Counted from the first letter of the stretch, positions 38,343 through 48,718 are shown. The stretch is DNA of 64,000 nt from an uncultured Candidatus Saccharibacteria bacterium (GCA_964628585.1 CAZVMH010000004.1:9977-73976); one strand, 5' to 3'. Made by a program: numbers and translations. The notes: generated by a model from the letters alone, not told the origin.

Positions 38343-38858
38343 ATGAATGAACTTGAAGTGGATTTAGAAAAAGAAGGCGATAAGACGATAGTGCTCCCCA
38401 TGTCAGACGAAGATTTAATTCCTGTTTTCGATTTGGCAAATGAACCAAGCGTTAGAACTGCTTCTTTTAACCAAAACGAAATTGAGCTAGAGGGGCACAG
38501 AAAATGGTTTAAAAACAAGTTACAAGACAATAATGCAGTCATGTTAAAGTCAGTTACTGCTGAAAAATTGACAGGACAGGTGAGACTTGATATTGAGGGA
38601 GATAAAGCGGTTATAGGAATTAGTGTTTCGGAAAAATTTCGCGGCAGGGGAATTGGCTCGGAATTGCTGCAAGCGGCAATAAAGGAAGCACAAAAAAGGG
38701 GCATAAAGGAAATCGAAGCCTTTATTAAACCAGATAACAGTAGCTCTATAGCGTTGTTTGAAAAAAATGGATGGGTCTTCAGTAATGAAACGGAAGTTTC
38801 AGGCGTAAAGGCAAAAAAATACATATATATAGTAAAAGAGGAAAATGGTGGGCTTTAA
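38343..38858 (+). CDS. pseH: GNAT N-acetyltransferase, PseH-type
   Basis: GNAT motif RGRGIGSELLQAAIKEAQKRGIKEIEAFIKPDNSSSIALFEKNGW. Position between pseC and pseI. Confidence 0.65.
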   Translation: MNELEVDLEKEGDKTIVLPMSDEDLIPVFDLANEPSVRTASFNQNEIELEGHRKWFKNKLQDNNAVMLKSVTAEKLTGQVRLDIEGDKAVIGISVSEKFRGRGIGSELLQAAIKEAQKRGIKEIEAFIKPDNSSSIALFEKNGWVFSNETEVSGVKAKKYIYIVKEENGGL

Positions 38859-39891
38859 AATTGGTAACAAAATGGTCGGGGGAGAAAATCCAGCCTTTAT
38901 CATAGCTGAACTTTCTGCAAACCATGGTCATGATATTGAAATTGCAAAGAAAACGATTAAAGCAATGAAAGAATCAGGAGCAGACGCTGTAAAATTACAG
39001 ACATATACTGCCGACACCATCACAATAAATAGTAGCAATGACTACTTTAAGATTAAACAGGGTACGATCTGGGATGGCAAAAACCTCCACAAGCTTTATG
39101 AGGAAGCCCATACTCCATGGGAGTGGCAGCCAAAACTAAAGAAATTAGCAAAAGAACTTGGGTTAATTTGCTTTTCCTCTCCATTTGATTCTACGGCAGT
39201 AGATTTTCTTGCAAAAATGAATGTTCCTGCATATAAAATTGCATCTTTTGAGATTACCGATATTCCGCTGATAGAATATATTGCATCAAAAAACAAACCG
39301 GTAATCATATCAACAGGAATTGCAAAACTGGAAGATATCAGGGAAGCGATTAAGGCATGCAAACGCATGGGCAACGACCAAATTGCGTTACTAAAGTGCA
39401 CCTCTGCTTACCCTGCACCTTATGAAGAAATTAATTTAAAAACAATTCCTGACATGCATAAAAAATTTAGAGCAGTTATTGGTTTGTCTGACCATTCCGA
39501 AGGAATTGAGATGCCAGTCGCAGCGGTGTCGCTTGGTGCAAAAATAATCGAAAAACATTTTATTTTAGATAGAAAAATTGGTGGTGCTGACGCTAGTTTT
39601 TCTTTGGAACCGAGGGAATTCAAGGCTATGGTAGATGCGGTTCGAAATACAGAAAAGGCGCTTGGCAAAATAACATATGAGTTATCGGAAAAATCCAAAA
39701 AAAGCCGTGAATTTTCTAGATCTTTATTCGTTGTCGAGGATGTAGAAAAGGGAGAAGAATTAACCAAAGAAAATATCCGTTCTATCCGCCCTGCTTTTGG
39801 CTTGGCCCCCAAATTCTATAATACTGTAATAGGGAAAAAAGCAAAGCATACGCTAAAACGAGGCATGCCATTAAGAAAATCAGATTTTTAA
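38845..39891 (+). CDS. pseI: Pseudaminic acid synthase / NeuB-family sialic-acid synthase
   Basis: NPAFIIAELSANHGHDIEIAKKTIKAMKESGADAVKLQTY NeuB N-terminus. C-terminal SAF-like domain. Confidence 0.85.
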   Translation: MVGFKIGNKMVGGENPAFIIAELSANHGHDIEIAKKTIKAMKESGADAVKLQTYTADTITINSSNDYFKIKQGTIWDGKNLHKLYEEAHTPWEWQPKLKKLAKELGLICFSSPFDSTAVDFLAKMNVPAYKIASFEITDIPLIEYIASKNKPVIISTGIAKLEDIREAIKACKRMGNDQIALLKCTSAYPAPYEEINLKTIPDMHKKFRAVIGLSDHSEGIEMPVAAVSLGAKIIEKHFILDRKIGGADASFSLEPREFKAMVDAVRNTEKALGKITYELSEKSKKSREFSRSLFVVEDVEKGEELTKENIRSIRPAFGLAPKFYNTVIGKKAKHTLKRGMPLRKSDF

Positions 39892-39903
39892 TAGGAGACC
39901 AAA

Positions 39904-40596
39904 ATGAAAAATGTATTAGCCGTAATACCGGCAAGAGGTGGAAGCAAAAGAATTCCTCGTAAGAATATTAAAAATTTCTTGGGTCGGCCAATAATGGGAT
40001 ATTCCATCGATGCTGCGAAAAAATCAGGCGTTTTTGAGGAGGTAATGGTTTCCACAGAAGATAAGGAAATCGCTAAAATTGCTGAAAAGTTAGGTGCAAG
40101 CGTTCCTTTTATGCGAAGCGAAAAAACAGCTGGGAGTAAAGCAAGTTTGGCCGATGTGCTTCTCGAGGTTTTAGATGAATACGAAAAAAGAGGTAAAAAA
40201 TTTGAGTATGTTTGTTTCATACTTTCAACTGCTCCCTTTGTTACTGCCAAGAGAATAAAAGAAGGCTTTGAATTGCTCAAAAAAACTAAATCGGATGAAG
40301 TTATCCCTGTTGTTCAATTCAGCTTTCCAATACAACGGGCGTTTAAGGTTTTGGATAATAGGGTGAAAATGATATGGCCCAAAAATATGTTTAAGCATTC
40401 TCAAGATCTTATGCCGACGTATCACGATAGTGGTCAATATTACTGGTTAAAAATAGAAAGTTTTAAAAAACAAAAAAAATTTTTCTTGGCAAAAGCAACA
40501 CCATTAATTCTGCCAGAATCTGAAGTTCAAGATATTGATACAGACGAGGATTGGAAAATTGCAGAAATGAAATTTAAGATATTAAAACATGCGTAA
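39904..40596 (+). CDS. pseF: CMP-pseudaminic acid synthetase (acylneuraminate cytidylyltransferase family)
   Basis: AVIPARGGSKRIPRKNIK motif, about 230 aa. Confidence 0.8.
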   Translation: MKNVLAVIPARGGSKRIPRKNIKNFLGRPIMGYSIDAAKKSGVFEEVMVSTEDKEIAKIAEKLGASVPFMRSEKTAGSKASLADVLLEVLDEYEKRGKKFEYVCFILSTAPFVTAKRIKEGFELLKKTKSDEVIPVVQFSFPIQRAFKVLDNRVKMIWPKNMFKHSQDLMPTYHDSGQYYWLKIESFKKQKKFFLAKATPLILPESEVQDIDTDEDWKIAEMKFKILKHA

Positions 40597-41548
40597 GTTT
40601 AAAGCTCTCATAATAGGCGCTGGTAATATCGGAGCGTTATTTGATAGCCCTAAAAGCAAAAATATCATAACTCATGCTCACGCTTATAGTGTGCACCCAG
40701 GCTTTGAATTAATAGGGTTTGTTAACCCTGACCCAAAGAATGCAAAGAAGGCGGTTAAAATTTGGGGAGGCAAAGCCTATTCAAGCATAGAAGAGGCTTT
40801 CAATAAGGAACCGTCTATAGATGTAGTTTCGGTTTGTGCGCCAGATGAGCATCACGGCAAAATTATCAAGGAAATTGCAGAAAAAACGGTTGATTTCATT
40901 TTTGCTGAAAAGCCCATAACCAAATCTCTAAAGGAAGCTAGGGAAGTTATTGATATCTGCAATAAAAACAAAGTCCCTCTTCAGGTGAACTACTCAAGAA
41001 GATTTGTTCCTGAAATACAAGCACTAGCAAGAGAAATAAAAGCGGGTACTTACGGCACCCTGACTAATGGAATTGCATACTATGGCAAAGGCATCATGCA
41101 TAACGGCTCGCATATGATGGACTTAATTAGATTCCTCTTAGGCGAGGTCAAATTCATCAAAGCAACTGACAAGATAAATGATTTCTATGATGATGATCCT
41201 ACTGTATCCGCCATATTAACTTTGGATAATGGCGAGCCCATTTACTTGAGAGGTATAAACTGTCAAAATTTTACAATTTTTGAACTTGATTTGATATTTC
41301 AAAAAGGAAGAGTAACATTAAATAATTCCGGATACCAAATTGAAAGATATTTGGTTCAAGAAAACAAACTATTTAAAGGCTATCGTTATTTATCAAAACC
41401 AAAAGAATCAAAAACTTCGCTCGATAAGGCTATGTATTGTGCGGTTGAAAATATCCATGAATATCTTGTGAAGAAAAAACCACTTCTTTGTTCCAAGGAA
41501 GAGGGATATTTAAGTTTAAAAGCAGCGATAGAAGTAAAAGAGGCCTAA
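40589..41548 (+). CDS. Gfo/Idh/MocA-family NAD(P)-dependent oxidoreductase
   Basis: KALIIGAGNIGA Rossmann N-terminus and EKP motif (FAEKPIT). Confidence 0.75.
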   Translation: MRKFKALIIGAGNIGALFDSPKSKNIITHAHAYSVHPGFELIGFVNPDPKNAKKAVKIWGGKAYSSIEEAFNKEPSIDVVSVCAPDEHHGKIIKEIAEKTVDFIFAEKPITKSLKEAREVIDICNKNKVPLQVNYSRRFVPEIQALAREIKAGTYGTLTNGIAYYGKGIMHNGSHMMDLIRFLLGEVKFIKATDKINDFYDDDPTVSAILTLDNGEPIYLRGINCQNFTIFELDLIFQKGRVTLNNSGYQIERYLVQENKLFKGYRYLSKPKESKTSLDKAMYCAVENIHEYLVKKKPLLCSKEEGYLSLKAAIEVKEA

Positions 41549-42687
41549 TGAAAAAAATCTTATTATTTGCCAGGGATCCGGGTGGAGCAAATACAATAAT
41601 GCCATTAATTGAACCGTTGAAGGATAGAGGCTATGAGGTTTTAGTATTTGGCAAAGATGTTGCCCTTATCCGTTTTGCAGCAAATAATATTGAAGCCAAA
41701 GACATTACCAAGGAGATGGGAGGTATAAATGAGGTCAATATTTCCAATTTTATAAAAGTCAAACGACCAAACTTTATAATTACAGGAACCAGTGCTGATG
41801 ATATGACAGAAAAATATCTATGGAAGGAAGCAGAAAAATTGAAAATCCCATCCTTTGCCATTATTGACCAATGGTTGAATTACGGAATTCGGTTTTCAAG
41901 ATATGGGGTAGATAAAATGGAAGAATATTTAAAACGAAAAGAGTTCGATTATTTACCAACAAAAATATTAATAATGGATGATCTAGCAAAAAAAGAAGCA
42001 ATTGAAGAAGGATTACCCGCAGAAAGGATTATTGTTTCGGGACAACCTTATTTTGAATATTTAAAGAATAAAAAATTTGATCAAAAAGTGCTCCAAAAGA
42101 TAAAAACAAAAAATAATATTAAGTCCGGAGAATATATCATCGTTTACGCATCTGAACCAATTCGGAAAACTTATGGGGAGTCAAGCACAACCGACCATTT
42201 TTGGGGCTATGATGAGATCTCGGTCTTTAAATGTCTATATAAGGCAATGCTTATCGCCTCAGAGAAGTTTAATAAAAAAATTAAACTCATTATCAAGCCC
42301 CACCCAAAGGAAGATCTAGATCACTATAACGAATTGATTTTCTCTCTTAAGAAGGGTAGTATTACAATAAAGTTGGACAAAGAATCTGATTCTCAATACC
42401 TAATCAAACTTGCTGATTTGGTTTGCGGAATGTCATCAATGTTTCTTTTGGAATCGTATCTTCTGGGCAAAGCCACTATTAGTGTCCAGATTGGATTAAA
42501 TAAGAAAAACCCATTTGTTCTTGACAGAATCGGTATAGTTAAGAGCATTCTTAACCAACAGGAATTGAATAGTAAAATATCATCCTTGCTAAGCGGCGGA
42601 AAGACAGACTTAAAAAAATTTAAATTAATCAATAATCCGGTTGAAAGAGTGATTGTAAATATGGAGAGAGTATTATGCCAGAACTAG
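41548..42687 (+). CDS. GT-B fold enzyme, possible PseG-like UDP-sugar hydrolase/glycosyltransferase
   Basis: Start at ATG 41548 (TAATG overlap with upstream stop). C-terminal GT-B-like pattern CGMSSMFLLESYLLGKATISVQIG. Call rests mainly on context. Confidence 0.35.
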   Translation: MKKILLFARDPGGANTIMPLIEPLKDRGYEVLVFGKDVALIRFAANNIEAKDITKEMGGINEVNISNFIKVKRPNFIITGTSADDMTEKYLWKEAEKLKIPSFAIIDQWLNYGIRFSRYGVDKMEEYLKRKEFDYLPTKILIMDDLAKKEAIEEGLPAERIIVSGQPYFEYLKNKKFDQKVLQKIKTKNNIKSGEYIIVYASEPIRKTYGESSTTDHFWGYDEISVFKCLYKAMLIASEKFNKKIKLIIKPHPKEDLDHYNELIFSLKKGSITIKLDKESDSQYLIKLADLVCGMSSMFLLESYLLGKATISVQIGLNKKNPFVLDRIGIVKSILNQQELNSKISSLLSGGKTDLKKFKLINNPVERVIVNMERVLCQN

Positions 42688-43979
42688 CAATTAATGGCGG
42701 CAAAAAAGTTAGAACCAAAAAATTTCCTGCTTACAAAGTATTTGGTAGGGAAGAACTGTCAGCAACTAGTAAGGTTATTAAATCTGGTATCTTATCTAAA
42801 TTTCTAGGATGTTGGCACGATGATTTTTATGGAGGACCTCAAGTCCGTGAATTAGAAAAAAAATGGGCTCGTCATTTCAAAGTAAAGCATGCAATATCGG
42901 TAAATTCGGCAACCTCCGGTTTATACTGCGCCGTTGGTGCGGTTGGTGCTGGACCAGGGGATGAGATTATTGTTTCTCCTTATACAATGTCAGCATCGGC
43001 AACAGCTGCTTTGATATTTAACGCCGTTCCGGTATTCGCTGACATTGAAGAGGATTACTTTTGTCTGTCTCCGGAATCAATTGAATCAAAAATTACAAAG
43101 AGAACAAAAGCAATAATTGTTGTTGATATTTTTGGTCAACCATATGATGTGAAAAAAATAAATAATATAGCCAAAAAGCATAACCTATTGGTTATTGAGG
43201 ACTGCGCTCAAGCACCTGGGGCAAAATACAAAGGAAAATGGGCCGGTACCCTGGGAGATATCGGCGTTTATTCTTTAAATTATCATAAGCATATCCATAC
43301 AGGTGAAGGCGGTGTGGTCGTAACCAACAACGATGAGCTTGCCGACAGGATTAGGTTAATTAGAAACCACGCCGAATCAGTAGTTGAGGGTAAAGGGGTC
43401 AGCTCATTAATCAACATGGTAGGTTTTAATTTTCGAATGACAGAAATAGAAGCAGCCATTGCACAAGAACAGTTAAAAAAATTGCCAAAATTACTCTCTG
43501 AAAGGCAAAGGAATGTTAAATATTTGGAGAAGCATCTATCCAAGATTCCATGTATTAAGCCAGCGAAAGTAAGAAAGGGATGCAACCATGCATATTACGT
43601 TCATATTTTAAAATTCGATGAAGAAAAAGCCGGCGTAAGTCGTAATAAATTTATTGATGCAGTGAAAGCCGAGCTAGCTCCTACTGAATTAAGAGAAGCA
43701 GAAGGGGTGAAATTGGGAGTCGGTTACGTCAAGCCCCTATACCTTCTTCCAATATTTCAGGAAAGAACTGCTTTTGGGGACAAAGGTTGTCCATGGAGCT
43801 GTGGGTTCAATAAAAGTAAAACTTCCTATAAAAAGGGAATCTGTCCGGTTGTTGAAAAAATGCATGAGAAGGTCTTGGTCTCTCACGAATTGATGCGTCC
43901 GCCTATGTCAAAAAAAGATCTTGATGATGTTGTCAAAGCGTTTTATAAAGTTTGGGAAAATAGAATGGAGATAAAATGA
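42675..43979 (+). CDS. Second DegT/DnrJ/EryC1/StrS-family sugar aminotransferase
   Basis: SATSGLYCAVGAVGAGPGDEIIVSPYTMSAS and the rest of the family pattern. Confidence 0.8.
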   Translation: MPELAINGGKKVRTKKFPAYKVFGREELSATSKVIKSGILSKFLGCWHDDFYGGPQVRELEKKWARHFKVKHAISVNSATSGLYCAVGAVGAGPGDEIIVSPYTMSASATAALIFNAVPVFADIEEDYFCLSPESIESKITKRTKAIIVVDIFGQPYDVKKINNIAKKHNLLVIEDCAQAPGAKYKGKWAGTLGDIGVYSLNYHKHIHTGEGGVVVTNNDELADRIRLIRNHAESVVEGKGVSSLINMVGFNFRMTEIEAAIAQEQLKKLPKLLSERQRNVKYLEKHLSKIPCIKPAKVRKGCNHAYYVHILKFDEEKAGVSRNKFIDAVKAELAPTELREAEGVKLGVGYVKPLYLLPIFQERTAFGDKGCPWSCGFNKSKTSYKKGICPVVEKMHEKVLVSHELMRPPMSKKDLDDVVKAFYKVWENRMEIK

Positions 43980-44524
43980 AAAAACTAGCCTTTCTTAAGG
44001 GAAAAAAATTATACCTAAGGCAATTGCAACCAGAGGACATCGAAGGGGATTATGTGCAGTGGTTTAATGATCCGGAAGTTTGCCAGTTTAATTCTCACCA
44101 TACTTTTCCATATGGCAAAGAAAAGGCGGCTGACTATATAAATAATGTTGCTAACTCTAAAACAGATTTAGTTTTGGCTATAATTGCTAACGATAAAAAC
44201 AAGCACATTGGAAACGTTTCTCTTCAAAATATTAACTTTCTGGCTCAAAATGCAGAATTTGCCATTGTCATCGGTGACAAAAACTACTGGGGCAAAGGAT
44301 ATTCTAAAGAAGCTTCAAGATTAATAATCGAACATGGATTTTTAGAGCTTAACCTGCATCGCATTTACTGTGGGACATCCGCTGAAAATTTACCGATGCA
44401 AGGGCTAGCTAAATCTTTGGGCATGAAAAAAGAAGGTCAAAGGAAAGACGGAATATTCAAACACGGGAAATTTCAAGATATATTTGAATACGGTATCTTG
44501 GCGAAAGAGTATTTTAATAACTAG
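43976..44524 (+). CDS. GNAT-family N-acetyltransferase (RimL-like)
   Basis: YWGKGYSKEASRLIIEHGFLELNLHRIY acetyl-CoA binding motif. Confidence 0.75.
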   Translation: MKKLAFLKGKKLYLRQLQPEDIEGDYVQWFNDPEVCQFNSHHTFPYGKEKAADYINNVANSKTDLVLAIIANDKNKHIGNVSLQNINFLAQNAEFAIVIGDKNYWGKGYSKEASRLIIEHGFLELNLHRIYCGTSAENLPMQGLAKSLGMKKEGQRKDGIFKHGKFQDIFEYGILAKEYFNN

Positions 44525-44561
44525 TAAATATAACTTATTATTTTAACGGAAGGATGGTTAA

Positions 44562-45188
44562 GTGAAAGAATTTAAGACAGATCAAGAGAAATTTTGGGCC
44601 GGTGATTTTGGGAATAAATATGCCTCCAGGAATTGCGGAGAGGACTTTGTTGCTGGAAGATTAATGTTTTTTTCAAGAGTATTATCAAAAGTCCAGAAAA
44701 TTGACTCAGTAATCGAATACGGGTCTAATATAGGTGAAAACCTCAGAGCATTAAGCCAAATATTGCCAAAAGCAAAGTTTAACGCAGTCGAGATAAACCA
44801 GTCTGCGGCAAAAGAAATAACAAAGTGGAGCAAGGGCAAAGTAAAGGTTTTTAATCAATCAATTATTGATTTCAAAGCACCGAAAAAATATGACCTAGTT
44901 TTTACTAAAGGAGTATTGATTCACATCAACCCCAATGAGTTAAAAAAGGTCTATGCTTCCATGTATAAAGCGAGTGCAAAATATATTCTTGTTTGCGAAT
45001 ACTATAATGTTGAACCTGTTGCAATTGATTATAGAGGACATCAAGACCGGTTATTTAAAAGAGATTTCTGTGGAGAAATAATGAAACAATACCCCAGCCT
45101 TGAGCTTGTTGATTATGGATTTATCTATCATGGGGACGAAAAATTGGCTGACGACGACCAAAACTGGTTCTTGTTGCAAAAAAAATAG
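44562..45188 (+). CDS. Small SAM-dependent methyltransferase of the type found in pseudaminic-acid clusters (GTG start)
   Basis: About 208 aa with Rossmann-like SVIEYGSNIGENL. GTG start preceded by GGAAGGATGG. Cluster context. Confidence 0.5.
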   Translation: MKEFKTDQEKFWAGDFGNKYASRNCGEDFVAGRLMFFSRVLSKVQKIDSVIEYGSNIGENLRALSQILPKAKFNAVEINQSAAKEITKWSKGKVKVFNQSIIDFKAPKKYDLVFTKGVLIHINPNELKKVYASMYKASAKYILVCEYYNVEPVAIDYRGHQDRLFKRDFCGEIMKQYPSLELVDYGFIYHGDEKLADDDQNWFLLQKK

Positions 45189-45240
45189 ATTTAAGTTTAT
45201 AATATAATCCTATTTTTTTAACAAAAAAGAGGAGTGCAGA

Positions 45241-46341
45241 ATGAAGCTATGTACTAAGTGCGTTCAGCCTGATACCAGGCCGGGTATTTATTTTAACGAA
45301 GAGGGGGTTTGTGGGGCTTGCCTCTACGCAGAAGATGTTAAAAAAAACATCGATTGGAAATCACGTGAAAAAGAGCTCAGAGAGATTGCACAATGGGCTA
45401 AAAAAAATGCAAAGGGTGATTATGATTGCATTGTTGGGGTAAGCGGAGGTAAAGACAGCCTTTTTCAGGCGTTGTATGCAAGAGATAGGTTGGGCTTGAG
45501 ACCCTTGCTAGTTAATTGTGAACCAGAGGGAATAACCGATATAGGACGAAAAAATATTGAAAACCTAAAAAATTTAGGATTCGATACGATTTCCATAAGA
45601 CCAAATCCTGCAATATTAAAGAAATTAATAAAAAAAGATTTTTACGAATTCTTAAATCCCGTTAAAGTGACAGAATTTCCCTTGTTTGCAGTTTCCTATA
45701 TCATGGCAGACCAATTCAATGTTCCTCTTGTAGTTCAAGGGGAAAATCCAGCATTAACTTTGGGTGTTAGAAATAAAGGATTTGGCGAAAATGATGACGC
45801 TCTCAATACAAACAAAGGGGATACGCTTTCTACTGGATGGGAACGTTATATAACAGATGGTGTTACAAAAAGGGATCTATACTGGTACCATTATGATGAA
45901 GAAAAGATAAGGAAAAAAGGCATTCGAGCAATATGGCTGCAATATTACGCAAAGGAATGGTCAACACCGGGAAACGCAAAATTCTCAGTTGGTCATGGCC
46001 TAACTGTAAGGCCAAAAGGCTTTAATCCTAATGATATTGGCACTTATGTCAACTACTCCCAATTGGACTCTGATTTGGTGCAGGTAAATCAACTTCTAAA
46101 ATATGTGAAATTTGGTTTCGGTCAATGCACTGACCATGCTTGCTATGATATTAGAGAGGGACTAATTACACGTGAAGAAGGTTTGAAATTAGTAAAAAAA
46201 TACGACGGCAAATGTAATGTTAAGTATATTAAAATGTTTTGTGATTATATCGGCATTACTTTAGAAGAGTTTTATAAAACAGCAGATAAATTCAGAAACA
46301 AAGAAATATTTAAGGAAAAAAGATCCTGGCTCAAGAAATAA
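45241..46341 (+). CDS. N-acetyl sugar amidotransferase (PP-loop ATPase, PseA/WbuX-like)
   Basis: N-terminal Cys cluster CTKCVQPDTRPGIYFNEEGVCGAC. PP-loop VGVSGGKDS. Confidence 0.75.
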   Translation: MKLCTKCVQPDTRPGIYFNEEGVCGACLYAEDVKKNIDWKSREKELREIAQWAKKNAKGDYDCIVGVSGGKDSLFQALYARDRLGLRPLLVNCEPEGITDIGRKNIENLKNLGFDTISIRPNPAILKKLIKKDFYEFLNPVKVTEFPLFAVSYIMADQFNVPLVVQGENPALTLGVRNKGFGENDDALNTNKGDTLSTGWERYITDGVTKRDLYWYHYDEEKIRKKGIRAIWLQYYAKEWSTPGNAKFSVGHGLTVRPKGFNPNDIGTYVNYSQLDSDLVQVNQLLKYVKFGFGQCTDHACYDIREGLITREEGLKLVKKYDGKCNVKYIKMFCDYIGITLEEFYKTADKFRNKEIFKEKRSWLKK

Positions 46342-46372
46342 TATTATTAAATGTATTACCTCTAGTCAATTT

Positions 46373-47686
46373 ATGAAATCTCTTGTAATTGAATTGGTAA
46401 AAAGAATCCATTATTTTTTATTTGGCCAAGAGATGAGCGTTCAAATGAAAAATTTTATGGGCAATCTTTCATGGTCTTTTTTTGCTGGAATTATTGCTAT
46501 GCCAATCTCAATGCTTGTTGGAACTTTAGCTGGAAGATTAATGGGCCCGGTAGACTATGGGCGATACAACCTGGTTGTCCTAATTAGCTCGTATGTTGTC
46601 GCCTTTGCTTATTTCGGTCTTGATATTTCATCGCTCAAAAGAATAGTGAAATCAAAATCTCTGGCCGAACAGAGAACTTCTTTTTACAGTGCGTTTATAT
46701 TTATTGTATTTATGCTAGCGATCTTTACTGTAATTTCATTTTCCTTTGGACCAGCGATAATTGCGAAAACGGATCTTCCTAAAAATATAATTTACTTCAT
46801 TATATTTTATACAATTGTAAACTTAATTAAATCAATTACAGACGTCTTGGTTCGTGCAACTGAGAGATTTAAGCTACAAGCCATTTCAAGACTTATCGAG
46901 GTCTTTATTTTAACGGCTGTTTTTTTGGTTGTTGTTTTTCTTTATAAAATTCTTAATTATGAATTATACCTCGTAGCAATTATTCTCGGGATGGTCATCT
47001 CTTTGATTTATTATATACGGTATTTAAGACAATACTTCGGAGGATTCTCGTTTGATATATTAAAAAAACAACTCTCTGAGGGAAAGTTTTTTATGCTTAG
47101 CGGAATTTTAAGCACTTTTTTTATTTCCTCTGACAGGTTATTGATTGCCAAGTATTTGGATATAACAAATCTTGGGATATATAGCGCTTATTACGTGGCT
47201 TCTTTAGGTTTGGTTGCGCCAATGTCGCTTATATTGATAAATGTTTTTCTGCCTGCGACGGCAAGGTCTATCGATAAGAGCTTTACAAAAAAATTGGATA
47301 AATTACTATTCAAAGGGTTTGTTCCTATATATCTGTCGCTCTGTTTTGCGATATATATTTTCTTAAACCTTTTCGGCAAAGCCTATCCTCTGAGATTGAG
47401 TTATCTTCTTCTCTTTGCTCTTGCCGCCACACTATACTTTTTTAGCGTAATTTATAATGTAGTTATTTTGGATGCTGGACGAAATAACTATATTCAGTAT
47501 TTTTATCTCTCAACTATAATCAACCTTCTTACCATTGGGTATTATTTTGTTATCCTGCAATCTTCTTTTAAGTCGGTTATTCTTGTGCTGGTTGGCTTCT
47601 CAACTAATTTGCTCATCAATTTGATTATTCAGCTCGTCTTTGTTAGGATAATGAGAGAAAAGCGACTTCATGCACAAAAGGTCTAG
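46373..47686 (+). CDS. wzx: Wzx-family oligosaccharide flippase
   Basis: 437 aa, about 12 TM. Paralogous to the disrupted copy at 33945..35254. Confidence 0.7.
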   Translation: MKSLVIELVKRIHYFLFGQEMSVQMKNFMGNLSWSFFAGIIAMPISMLVGTLAGRLMGPVDYGRYNLVVLISSYVVAFAYFGLDISSLKRIVKSKSLAEQRTSFYSAFIFIVFMLAIFTVISFSFGPAIIAKTDLPKNIIYFIIFYTIVNLIKSITDVLVRATERFKLQAISRLIEVFILTAVFLVVVFLYKILNYELYLVAIILGMVISLIYYIRYLRQYFGGFSFDILKKQLSEGKFFMLSGILSTFFISSDRLLIAKYLDITNLGIYSAYYVASLGLVAPMSLILINVFLPATARSIDKSFTKKLDKLLFKGFVPIYLSLCFAIYIFLNLFGKAYPLRLSYLLLFALAATLYFFSVIYNVVILDAGRNNYIQYFYLSTIINLLTIGYYFVILQSSFKSVILVLVGFSTNLLINLIIQLVFVRIMREKRLHAQKV

Positions 47687-48683
47687 AATGCCCGTAACTT
47701 TGAACGTATATTATTTTCTTCTTAATAAATTCCGTTGGCTCAGGCAAAAGGCGCTTCGAATTTTTCTATATAAGAAAACGAGCAATATAATCAAATCAAG
47801 AAAAAAATTAGAAATCACTGATATTGATAATATATCTGCTGACATTTCTCAAAATAAGTTTTTTGCATATACGCCTGAAAAATACACGCAAAATGATTAT
47901 TACGGCATAGCAACGAATCTAAAAAAATATTCTGGATTGCCTTATAGTCGATCCTTAGACTACGCGATCGAGCATGGAATCGATTTCTATTCAGATGGCT
48001 CTTCTTATGACATACATTCAACTGCTCGCGGCATTTTAACATTCAGTAAATATCGAGAAGAACGTCTTAAAAAAGCGACTCCAAAAGAAATCCATTGCAT
48101 AGGTCCGTATATTCATTATGCCCCCCATTATTTATCAAACAAAAACCTAGAAAGAGAGAAAAAGCGGTTAGGTAAAAATTTTTTAGTTTTTCCTGCCCAC
48201 TCTACTCCGGGGGTGGATTCGGAATTCGACATAGATAAATTTTGTACATATCTTAAGAAGATAAGTCGTGGTTTCGATTCGGTCAGGGTCTGTTTATATT
48301 GGAAAGACATTTTAATGGGCAGAGATAAACCGTATAAAAAGCATGGTTTTGAATGTGTGACAGCCGGTCATATCTATGATCCCATGTTCTTATCACGTCT
48401 CAAAAGCATTATAGAGGTCTCCGCAATGACTGCAACAAATGGAGTTGGCACCCACATTGGTTATTGCATTCTAATGGGCAAACCGGTTTACTATTTTAAA
48501 CAGGAGGTAAAATTAAATAAGGATTTGTTTTTCCAGAATGATGATACCGACCCGGTAACAAATGCATTCTCTAAATTTTCACAAAAAATAAATTCGAAAC
48601 AAATACAAATCATTGATTATTATTGGGGCTTAAAGTGTGTAAAAACACCAAAAGAATTAAAGAAGATACTATTTAATGATTAG
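47670..48683 (+). CDS. Hypothetical protein (glycan-cluster associated)
   Basis: ORF only; no recognisable motif. Confidence 0.35.
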   Translation: MHKRSRMPVTLNVYYFLLNKFRWLRQKALRIFLYKKTSNIIKSRKKLEITDIDNISADISQNKFFAYTPEKYTQNDYYGIATNLKKYSGLPYSRSLDYAIEHGIDFYSDGSSYDIHSTARGILTFSKYREERLKKATPKEIHCIGPYIHYAPHYLSNKNLEREKKRLGKNFLVFPAHSTPGVDSEFDIDKFCTYLKKISRGFDSVRVCLYWKDILMGRDKPYKKHGFECVTAGHIYDPMFLSRLKSIIEVSAMTATNGVGTHIGYCILMGKPVYYFKQEVKLNKDLFFQNDDTDPVTNAFSKFSQKINSKQIQIIDYYWGLKCVKTPKELKKILFND

Positions 48684-48718
48684 CCACAAGATAAATATTA
48701 TTAAACTTTGAGGAATAT

